64,000 nucleotides of DNA, from assembly GCA_051362555.1 (NCBI GenBank), contig CM120642.1:1736001-1800000 (forward strand), in the 5' to 3' direction. A program made the translations under genes and the position numbers. The notes below the pieces were generated by a model that was given only the letters and a program-made list of their open reading frames with translations, was not told the DNA's origin and ran no database searches. Below, in pieces: positions 16,001 to 30,353 of this stretch (within the stretch, counting starts at the first letter, position 1; each line of letters starts with the position of its first letter). This DNA comes from Lingula anatina (taxonomy: Eukaryota; Animalia; Brachiopoda).

Positions 16001-16708
16001 TGAGGCTGGGAGCTCTGTGAACTGATTCCCCAAAAGGTATAAACTCTTTAGTGCTGTCATCTTGCTGACATCAGTAGGGAGACTGAATAGCTTGTTATTC
16101 TGTAGGCCAAGGTTTTGTATATGTGGTAGAGCACACACTGAGGCTGGGAGCTCTGTGAACTGATTCCCACTGAGGTTAAAACTCTTCAGTGTGGTCATCT
16201 TGCAGATATCAGGAGGGAGACTGGATAGCACGTTATACCCTAGGTTCAGGTTCTCTATATGTGGTAGAGCACATATTGAGGCTGGGAGCTCTGTGAACTG
16301 ATTCTCACTGAGGTCTAAACTCTTCAGTGTGGTCATCTTGCTGATATCAGGAGGGAGACTGGATAGCTTGTTATTATGTAGGCCCAGGTTCTCTATATGT
16401 GGTAGACTACACACTGAGGCTGGGAGCTCTGTGAACTGATTGAAGCTGAGGTTTAGATGTGTAAGATTTTTTAACTTGGACATCGACCAAGGAAGTGTCT
16501 TCAGATCGTTATTTTCAAGATTGATGTTCTTAAGATTGGCACATCTATCTATGGTGCTGGGAACATATTGGATATTCCCATTTTTTAGCTCCAACTCTGT
16601 ACACTGGTTGACCATGTTTGGCACTGGTGTCTGGTTGTCTGCTGGTCTTCTCTCCAAATCTAGTAGAAAGTCTAATACCTCCATGCCTCCTTTAACTTCT
16701 TCAGCCAT
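10096..16708 (-). CDS. Roco protein (LRR-ROC-COR; MFHAS1/MASL1-like), main 6.6-kb exon
   Basis: Likely ATG at 16708 (MAEEV). About 68 LRRs precede ROC motifs G1 GETESGKS, G2 RT, G3 DFGGH, G4 GTHVD and G5 VSSK, with a helical insert between G4 and G5. COR and a terminal CPHC...C motif follow, then donor G|GTAAG after 10096. Confidence 0.93.
12020..16440 (-). repeat. Coding tandem array of about 64 near-identical 69-bp LRR units (138-bp A/B dimer)
   Basis: Alternating 23-aa units ...TTLKSLDLSENQFTELPASVCAL / PHIENLNLGYNVLSSLPPDISKM...; the DNA backbone is nearly invariant and higher-order 552-bp periods are visible. Confidence 0.97.
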
Positions 16709-17530
16709 GGTTCGTTCTCTTCTATTCTCCAGATAGTCCTTGTGTACTACACATAGATGGAATGGATTATGTTTAATCACCGATATATGAATTACAAGAT
16801 TATGAATTACAAGAAGAAGAGGGTGCTCCTGCAATTCTGCTCTGCTCCTGCAAGTGTAGATGGTGGATTCAGTCCCTTTTTCTTATAGAAGAGCAAAGTA
16901 GAAAGAAATAACCATACAAAAAACAAAACAAAACAAGGCAGCAAAGCTGTCAAATGTACAGACAAAAAAACTGAAAAACAGGTCTTCCAACAGAAAAAAT
17001 AGATATCCATCAATATAAAGTTTAAAATCTGACTGTCTTCCAGGAGACCCAGAAGATGGTCTCAATCCACCCCTTCAATACGATTACACTTTCATGACCA
17101 TGAGAGTTAAAATTCACATGATGAAAGTCCCAATATATGAAAAATGATGACAGTGCATAAAATAATATTACATAGTGTTTAAAAACATGAATACAAATAC
17201 AACTGCTTATGTGGAAATACAGAAAATGTGCAGAGCCTTGGGTGAATGGGAGTCAAAAGTCACATCTTAAAAATGCCAGTGTTGGAGAAAAAATTAAAAA
17301 GCAAACAACAAAAATATAATCTAATTCACTATTTCCTTATTATGGTCACTATGTTATCTAGCAGAGAGCTTAGTGAATACCCAAGGGGAATTTACAGACT
17401 GACCACACAATTTTGTCTTACTCTATTAAAGGTCTTCAGGCCCATAAGTCACATCTAAAGAAAATCAGAAAACAATAATGCACAAAAACAGGAGACTGCC
17501 AATTCTGATGCAATAATACATTATGTTTAA

Positions 17531-19734
17531 GGGGACTAATAGGAAAAGGACCACATTAGGTTTAAGGGGACTAATAGTAAAAGGACCAAAGTCATAGAAA
17601 CAAAGCCCTGGGCTTATAAGTTTTTATAAAAAATTAAAACAAACTTCCCATAGGGCCAATTAAAGATGGGGATTAAGTGCAGTGTCCAACGGATGATGCT
17701 AGAGCGCCAATTTTAGGGGGAAATGCCGTTTTTTGGAATTGGGATTTTCTCTATAACCAAGACAGCTATTCAAGTGATTCAAAAGGCCTCATAAAGGTGG
17801 GTGAAAGCACTTCAGCGCGGTACCAGGGAATTGTCTTAAACCATTTACTTTTGATTTTATCATCTTTTACGTTAAATTACCCCATATTTCAATGGGTTAT
17901 TCACTTTAAAAGACGATAACTTTCAAACAAACAATTTCCTCTTAAACCCCTGACATCATGCTGTAGTCCACATTCCCAACAACAATAGGTGCAACTTTTG
18001 TAACGATCGGTTGCTCAGATAATGAGATATACTTGGCAGCGATTCACTTATCTCGTCAATATAGAAAGCTGTTAAAACAGCCAAAAACGTTCACAGGTTG
18101 GTTAACAGAGCTTATTAGTCAAATGCTTAGCTGGCAAATTTACCTGTTATCGGTTATACGATCAGATGGAACCATTGCTCATTGTCATCTAAAAATATTT
18201 TGTTTGGGCGCTTTGAAGGGGCAGAAAATCGTGCTTTTGTTACATTTTCCGACCACTCGTTAGGCATGTAAGCGTGCCGCCATTTTGATTGACAGTTCTG
18301 GAGAGGGCCCTAGCCTAGTGATGCCCAGTAGGGTGTCTAGGATATGTAGAAGGAAGCGCTAACAAAGGCGATTACGTTTAACCACAATTAAGAAGTGTGA
18401 AGTTGCATTTGAACGTTTCAATGGGTCTCCCTCAGCAATCGAGTAATTTTACCTGAGAGTTTCCTTTTCTGTTATCGGCAAAGTGATCAGATAAACCTGG
18501 GTGACAGTAGTAGTTCTTAACTGATTATCCTGGTAACTGTGAACTCGGGGGGGGGGGGGGGGGTATAAATTATTTTAAAAAGTCTTTTTGTGATTTTTAT
18601 TTTGGGTACATTTTGAACTCTTTCTTCCCGCTTGATCTGTGATTTTGACATTGTTTTTCTCCAAACATCGCAAAATGCAAGTTAACATGCATTTTTATTT
18701 TCATTGTTATTTTTTTTAATCATGCTGTCAACCCTTGCTTGGATTTCTCTCATTTGGCCATTCCCATCAATTTTTTGCATGTCTCTAAAGCTCCTTGATT
18801 TCATTTATTGGAAAATAAAATTATATTTTGTCAACATTACTTTTTACCTTCTACAAACAGCGTCCAACAATCATTTCCAGTTTCATAACATGTCGCAGAT
18901 ACCCTCGCCGATATATATCGCCAAAATTAAGAGCTAGGCTAAAAGTATCGTTTCTAGCTTTTTTTTCTTTTAGTAATAAATTTTTCGTACAAATACATTT
19001 CTCAATTAATTTAGACGATTCGATTTACTCTTTCACCCATTTATTAGGTATACATAAAGAAAAAAGAAAGACGAATAATATTAAACATTTCATGATGCTT
19101 TTATTTGAGCTGTACATGCGCCAATGGCTGTAACTGTCTATCGACCAACACAACGTCGCAGCCACACACACGACTTGTAGGCACTTTCTAACAACTGTCC
19201 ACTGTGCCAAAGCCTGTACCCAGTAGCTACCGTTTCTTCCTCACGATCACTGTCAGAAGACTCCGAAGGCTGTTCAAAGTCCTTCAAAATCTTACGAGCG
19301 CTCACTCCAGGTAGATTCTCTCTCTCGTCATCCGACTGAACAAATACCGGTTTTCCTCCAACCGCCCACATACTCTCAAAATTTTCTTTCTTTCCTCTGG
19401 AAATGGACTTTGAACACGGACTTTTCTCTTCCCCATAGTGTACTCGACTTCTTCACTGCTTAGCTGATGTAAGACTTATGACCTATCACCGCACACGTAA
19501 TCGGCTTATAACTCATTAACTATGCTCTGCCCCCCTCATGGCAACGGCCCTTAGCAACAGAGTTGTCAGCCTGACTGGGGCGCGTGCCGGTTGAAAAACT
19601 CATCAAAAGACACATTTTGCGGTGCAAATTCAAAAAAATTATTACATCCCAACGTCAGATACTTTTTTGATTAATAGAAACACACAAAAAACTCAAAAAC
19701 ATGATTTTAAGCGTAGTTAACCCTATTACCCACC
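17531..19734 (-). mobile_element. Kolobok-like DNA transposon, deletion derivative
   Basis: TTAA target duplication (17527-30 / 19735-38) and imperfect TIRs GGGGACTAATAGG / GGTGGGTAATAGG. A minus-strand remnant at about 19140-19435 (GYRLWHSGQLLESAYKSCV) resembles the N-terminus of Kolobok (Mutator-like) transposases. Confidence 0.72.
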
Positions 19735-19803
19735 TTAACTGCACAGTCAACATCAAATTTTAATTATGCACAGCAGGTAACACTGATCAAAGTAAAAGCA
19801 TAA

Positions 19804-22800
19804 TAGGCCAGTCAATAAACAACTTAGGTTGGAAAAAATTGGTGACAAAGGTTTCTGAATTGATTCTGGTCCGTTGAAGGCCCAATATAGCCCAAAAAAT
19901 TTTCCCCATGAATCCCCCCATGGCAAAGTCTCATTTTCCACATAAATCCAAAATGGCCGCTATTGAATGGGGTGGGTGGACTTGAAATCCATAACTTGGG
20001 AACCCAATGTCACAGAAACATGCTTTAAGTATCAATTCCTACTAAGTGAAGGATCCCCAATCTTTTGAAACTAGTCTCAAGGTCACTGGAGGTCAAGGTC
20101 ATGACCTTATTACAAAGTCAAGGCAAATTTGGAGAAAAAAACCCATAATATCTACATGGCAGTTTCCCAATGTCACAGAAACATGTTTTAAGTATCAACG
20201 CCTATCTAGTGAGGGATCCCCAATCTTTTGCAACTAGTATCAAGGTCACCAGAGGTCAAGGTCATAACCTTATTACAAAGTCAAGGCATTTTTGGAGCAA
20301 AAAAAACCCCTTAATGTCTATGTGACAGTTTCCCAGTGTCATAGAAACATGTTATAAGAAACAATACTAACCAAGTGGGACACTGCCAAACACTTGTAAC
20401 TATTTTCAGGGTCATCAGAGGCCAATATTATGAAAAGATTTCAAGGTCATGGTATTTTCTAAGTGAATGATATCATATTATCTATATCTTGGTAACCATA
20501 TGCCACTAAATCATGCATGTTTAATGTATCAATTCCTTCTAAATGAGAAGTAAACAATCAATTGCAACTCATTTAAAGGTCACCAGAGGTTAAGTTTATG
20601 ACCTCTAATTACAAGGTCATGAGGTTTTCAAGCAAAATTCCATACTTTCTCAATTACCAAATGTGTCAGAAACGTGTTAAGTGTGCCAATTAATGCCTTG
20701 TAAATGGGGCCCTGTTTATCATAACCCTGGGGCCCTGTTTACCCTATTTCCAAAATCTAGGAGGTACAGGCTTGACCTTATTGCAAGGTCATCATGAAAT
20801 TTAATGAAAATTTGATTCTAGGGTGTGCTAAATACAACACATAAGATTGTTTAAGAGCAAAATATGCATCTCCATTCTTTATGACAAATGTTACATTTTA
20901 TAGAGCGACCTGAGCCCATTGTGGTTTGATGTAAATACTTAATTTTAATACAGGTGCTATAGGCATAAGCTCTCTTCTTGTCTGCCCAATGATTGACCTA
21001 AGGCCTTCTTGTCCTACCTTTTTATGTATGATCTACTTTGGAGTATCAGTGTGCCATTGTAGAGAGGAGATAGTGGATAAAGCATATTTGTCCATTTAAT
21101 CAGTATCTGTATTTGGTTGCTTTTATGACAACCAAAGGCCAGCCATTACTGAATTGCCAATTGTAAAGTGTGTTGATTCTTAATGGTCAATTCAATACCT
21201 TTAGCTCCATCATGGATGGGTGAGGTCTAAAAGCTATACCCTCTCCCAAGCCTGCTGAGCATGCTGACACAAGTTGGTACTTGGGTTAATTGGGTAATTT
21301 TAATGGGCTGAGTGGGAAATTAAGAACTTTTTTGTGTGAAGACAAACTTGTAGATGGTGCACTTTGAGTGTCATTTCAGCATCTTTTTTCCTAAATATCC
21401 CAATTCTTGGTCCTGCAGTGGGATTCTGAAATAAGCAGCAGGTCATTTGCTGGGAAGAACTTGCTCACCGCAAGTGAACACTCTATTAGAAGGTGTAGTA
21501 TGTTTTAGTCGATAAACTTTAAAGCTGCTGTTTCTTGGTGTGCTCATCTGTGTCAAAAGTAGTTACATGTTTTCATATCATGCCAGCTCCTGTCAGATTG
21601 GAAAACTTGTACAGAGACATGATTGCAACCTGGAAGTTTTTATCAGGTCTGTTAGGATAGGAAACTGGCTACAGGCTCTCGTCCTCATCCTTCGTTTACA
21701 TTGCTGCAGCTCAGTTGACAGTCATTGTGTCGAGCTTGCGGTCTCAAAAAGGGGGAGGGGGGGCTTTTTCTGAAAAAGTGGGCCTTCTACCAAGAAATAT
21801 TTGTGTAATTAGATAAAATTTTATCCAGAACGCCACTGGCTACAGGCCTGTATTTGATGGTCAAAGCACCAAGGACGTACAAACGGTTGTAGCTGGGACT
21901 TTGTATCCTTCAGTTTGAAGCTGACCATGTAGAAATATTAAGTGCAGATTTCTGGCAAATATTAAGTGATCAAGTGGTAATAAATGCATATTGAATGTTG
22001 TGCATTAATGCAGACTACCTTATATCCTCAAGTTGTATTGAAGCAAATAGTCCAACTTATCTGCCGGGGACACATTTGCCTTTTAATCACTGTCCATCAT
22101 GCAGTCAAATTGCTCCTTACATTTGTCCAGGAAAATGTATTTCTTTTCTGAAAAGGACTCTTATTGACGAATGACCCCAGGGGTGTAACCAGACCTTTAA
22201 AAATTGTACGCAAAGATTTTTAAAATTCCCAGCAAAATGTAGACTAACGCAAGAGATAAGGGCAGCGTAATTACAGCATATGTCATTTAGTTAGAAATAT
22301 TCTCGCAATTAAAAAAGTTTCAATATTCTTATTACCCAGAACGGTATATTTATTTAAAAGGAGGCTAGCTTCGCATATGTGGAACCCCCTTCGAATAATC
22401 CTGGATCCACCTCTGAGTTGAACTAACATACGGTTTCATTCACCTTACATGTGGATGCATGGCTCCCAAAAACAACGACACGACAGAGCTCTGATACATC
22501 TAAGTTTAATTATTTGTTTGTAAAAATTGCCCATGTCACCCTGTTAGTTTGGAGGGGTAAGCTGGGTCAAGTCCGTGTCAAAATTCTTTGAAGCTTGATT
22601 CTGAGGAAAAATTCTTCCTTTGTTTCTCTAGCTCCTTCTTAAACCTGGTGTCCAGGTTTTATCTAGCTGCTCTTTGAAAATAACACTCAGGCAGATTTTT
22701 ACCTGAGATAAATAACGCCAGATATTCTTAAGAAAGAGGGTACAGAAGAGTTGCGGGCCACTGAACCCTCCAATTAAGAGGTAAAGGAAGTTTCAGTTAA

Positions 22801-24905
22801 ATGGACGATTAAGATAGGACTTGTTAAGGTTACAGGCATTGTTTACCTCATTTTGCAAGACCGGGGGGGGGGGGGGGGGGGCGAACAATTGTGCCTATAC
22901 AATTGATACAGAGGATTTGTACATACAGGTGACTTTAATAAGCAGAGGATTTTCTTTTATATTCCGTGAAAAATACACTAAATTTATATAAAATAATATC
23001 ATGGTTGGCCAAAAAATTGTACGCACAGTGCATCCGTGCGTATGCCTAGTTACGCCCATGGACCCATACCTAACTCTGCTATGCCACATCTACATGTAGA
23101 CCTATTGTTAAAGACACACAGCTAGCAATTGTGATAAACTTGTGGCTAGTAAGTTTGAAGATTTGAGAGGAGCATTGGAAGTGAATATCTGAGAAATCAA
23201 CATTTGATAATTTTTTTAAAAGCTGGCGAGAAACCCAAGTTATTTGTTACGGATGTTCAAATGGTGTAGCAATCTGACTTCTGGGCAAGAAGGCAAATAC
23301 CATAAAAAGGTGCCATCCCACCTGGTCATATTTCCCCAGGGAAACTGCTTACCTGCTTCTGATATGGTTGTTTCATTCCTTGTAAACTTACCACCGGTTG
23401 TATGATTGTTTTTTTTTTTACTGGCAGTTTGTACCCCCAGCCTGTGTCCAATATAAAACGTCCCCGTTTCTAATTCCAGAATGTTTTATCTAAATATACA
23501 TATATACCCAACATGAATCAATTCCCCCATTGCAGTAGTATAGAATGCTGTAATAAGATTCTGAATATTACAATTTTTTACATGTCTTATGTGAGGCTAC
23601 AATGGTGATTGTATAACAGGCTGTCTTTACCCAGTATGAAACAAGTTTATATTTTGTATTTAAGCTTTTAGTGTACTTTTAGTTCCTGTATAATGTAAAA
23701 CGCACAGCTTTATTTAAACATATATATAACACCTAGGCCCTAGTGGTCTTGAATTGGGAACAGTATACCCTTAAGCCTTGTAAACTGAATGCCATTTATT
23801 TAAATGAGTACTATGCAGCAGCAGCGATGCCTTTTCTATAATGAAATATTTTTTTAAACAATCACCTGTGTTGTATTTGATAAGTGTAAAATCAATTTTT
23901 CTTAAATATTATGACAACCTTGTTATAAGGATATGACCCTGACCTGGGGTGATCTTAGAAATAGTTTCAAATGATCGGCAATATGTCACTTTAGTATGAA
24001 TCGATACTTTAAACATGTTTCTGTGACATTGGCCGGGTTATCAAAATGTAGACATGATGGCATTTTGTCCGAGCTAAAAATGCCATGACCTTGAAAATAA
24101 GGTCATAACATTGACCTCTGGTGCCTTGAAAGCAATTGCATATTATTCTCAGAACCTCACTTAGTAGGAAATGATATTTAAACATGCTTCTGTGACATCC
24201 AATAACAAAGGTTTAGCTAATATGGGAATTTTCGGCTCAAAAAATGCAGTGTCCTTGAAATTAAGGTCATGACCTTGACCCCAAATGACTCTGAATAAAT
24301 TTGCAAAAGATTGGCAGTGTATCATTCAATAATAGTGAATACTAAAATATGTTTTGTGGAATTAGGTTACCAATATATGGACATCACATCATTTTTTTTG
24401 CTTGCAAAATGTGTAGATCTTACGATTAGGTCATGACCTTGACCTCCAGTGACCTTGAAAGTGGTTGCAAAAGATTGGGAATCCCTCACTAAGTAGGAGT
24501 TGATACTTAAAACATGTTTCTGTGACATTGGGAAACTGTCATTTAGACATTATGGGTTTTTTTCCTCCAAAAATGCCTTGACCTTGTAATAAGGTCATGA
24601 CCTTGACCTCCAGTGACCTTGAGACTAGTTTCAAAAGATTGGGGATCCTTCACTTAGTAGGAATTGATACTTAAAGCATGTTTCTGTGACATTGGGTTTC
24701 CAAGTTATGGATTTCAAGTCCACCCACCCCATTCAATAGCGGCCATTTTGGATTTTTGTGGAAAATGAGACTTTGCCATGGGGGGATTTATGGGGAAAAT
24801 TTTTTGGGCTATATTGGGCCTCCAACAGACCAGAATCAGTTGAGAAACCTTTGTCACCAATTTTTTCCAACCTCAATGGGGAAAATATGCTCGTTTACTG
24901 GCCTA
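19804..24905. mobile_element. Academ-like DNA transposon (5.1 kb, long TIRs, decayed interior)
   Basis: Termini TAGGCCAGT...ACTGGCCTA and a 3-bp TAA duplication (19801-03 / 24906-08), confirmed against the empty site in paralogous HINE copies. Inverted arms run about 0.8-1 kb (19804-~20800 vs ~23900-24905). A stop-ridden minus-strand remnant VSMLSRLGRGYSF lies near 21230-21270. Confidence 0.68.
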
Positions 24906-26810
24906 TAAGTCTTCAGGCCCATCAGAGTTCAAGTTTACAATTAGAAAGTGCCAGAATGAGAAAAATGAAAATTTCACAAAAAATGCATAAATTTAATAAA
25001 AATGATAATCCAATAGAGCTGGTTTTCTAATGTGAGCTGTATGTCAATCCTAAGAATCATTCTTGTAAGACTAGTTTACATAATATTAATGATGGCAGAG
25101 AACAAAGTAGGTTTTTTGTCAATTTTGATGCAACATTACATAATGATTAACTGTATAAATACCACCAATTTTAAGACATCTACTATTAAAAACATGGACA
25201 TTAAGAAAATTTGATAACCACTGGGCTTCATGCCAGGGAGCTCCCACATTGTAAATTGCAACATATAAAAGATATAAAATTTTCACAAAAAACCTGTATT
25301 ACTTCCAAACAATTAACTAATGAGACAATTTTTCAACTGAAGCTGTATTTCAGTCCTATGTTTCTTTCCTGTGAGTGTGAGAAGAGCAAGTGACATGGTT
25401 TTCCTTTCACCGCCACTACGGAGGCAGTGCCCAGAATAGGGTTTTGTTCAATTTTGATGCAATATTACACAATGGCAGCATAATAACCATAATTTTTTTA
25501 ATAATAGAATAAAAGTATCATGGATATTCAGAAAATGTGACTAGCCCATAGAGTTCAGAGTCATACTTTGAAAATCCCAAAATGTAAACAAGAGAAAACT
25601 GTACTGAAAGAGTTTATTTCCATTTTCAACACCTTTTTTACATAAAACAAAATAATCAATTTACTTTTATTAGAATTAAATTTGAGGAAAAAACAAAAAA
25701 GGCATAACTTCACCAAACTTAAACTGATCAAGCTTATTTTCAAAACTTAATCTGTATTTCAGTAACACTGATCACTACTGTGAATTTCAAGACAATTGGC
25801 CAATCGAAAATGTGTTATAGGTGAGGCATATATGCTGAAAAAAAGTGAAAAAAAAAAAAACAGCAAAACTTTAATAAAAATGCCCTGATTATGCCAATTT
25901 TCGAACTTGACTTGCGTATTATAGATATTCATCAGTTCTGTAAGTTTCAAGCCAAAAAGTAAAGCATTTTTATGTACAGACACAGATGTGTCTTGACACA
26001 GACACTGATGTGCACTTTTACCGATAACACGATAAGTGGAAAACTGTTTTTTCTTTTGGCTTGAAACTTAAAGAACTAATGAATATTCATAATACGCAGG
26101 TCAAGTTCGAAAATCAGCATGATCGGGTCACTTATAGGGAATTTATGCTGTTTTTTCACTTTTTTCAGCATAAATGAAGCACTGATAACACGATAAATGG
26201 AAAACTGTTTTACTTTTTGGCTTGAAACTTACAGAACTGATGAATATTCATAATACGCAGGTCAAGTTCGAAAATCAGCATGATTGGGTCATTTTTAGTT
26301 AATTTAGGCTATTTTTTCTCTTTTTTCAGCATAAATACAGCACCGATAACATGATAAGTGGAAAACCATTTTAATTTTTGGCTTGAAACTTACAGAACTG
26401 ATAAATATTCATAATACACAGGTCAAGTTCGAAAATCGGCATGATTGGGTAATTTTTTAGTGAATTTAGGCTATTTTTTCTCTTTTTTCAGCATATATAT
26501 ACAGCACCGATAACACGATAACTGGAAAACCGTTTTGGCTTTTGGCTTGAAACTACAGAACTGATAAATATTTATAATACGCAGGTCAAGTTCGAAAATC
26601 AGCATGATCGGGTGACTTGTAGGGAAGTTATGCTGTTTTTTTTTTACTTTTTTCAGCATATATGCAGCACCGATAACACGATAAGTGGAAAACCACTTTA
26701 CTTTTTGGATTCAAACTTACAAAACTGATGAAGATTCATAATCCGCAGATCAAGTTCGAAAATCAGCAAGATCAATCCATTTTTAGGGGAGTTATGCTAT
26801 TTTTTCACTT

Positions 26811-30353
<3,543 letters not shown>

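Noticed and set aside
10647-16736. Plus-strand ORFs opposite the Roco gene
   Set aside because: They are antisense shadows of the LRR and COR coding sequence.
16709-16834. N-terminal 42 aa of the 2268-aa ORF
   Set aside because: It starts at TTG, which is not a normal eukaryotic start. The first ATG in good context is at 16708, though an upstream coding exon cannot be excluded.
19753-25030. Twin ORFs beginning MENETLPWGD on opposite strands
   Set aside because: They are the two arms of one transposon's TIRs, not genes.
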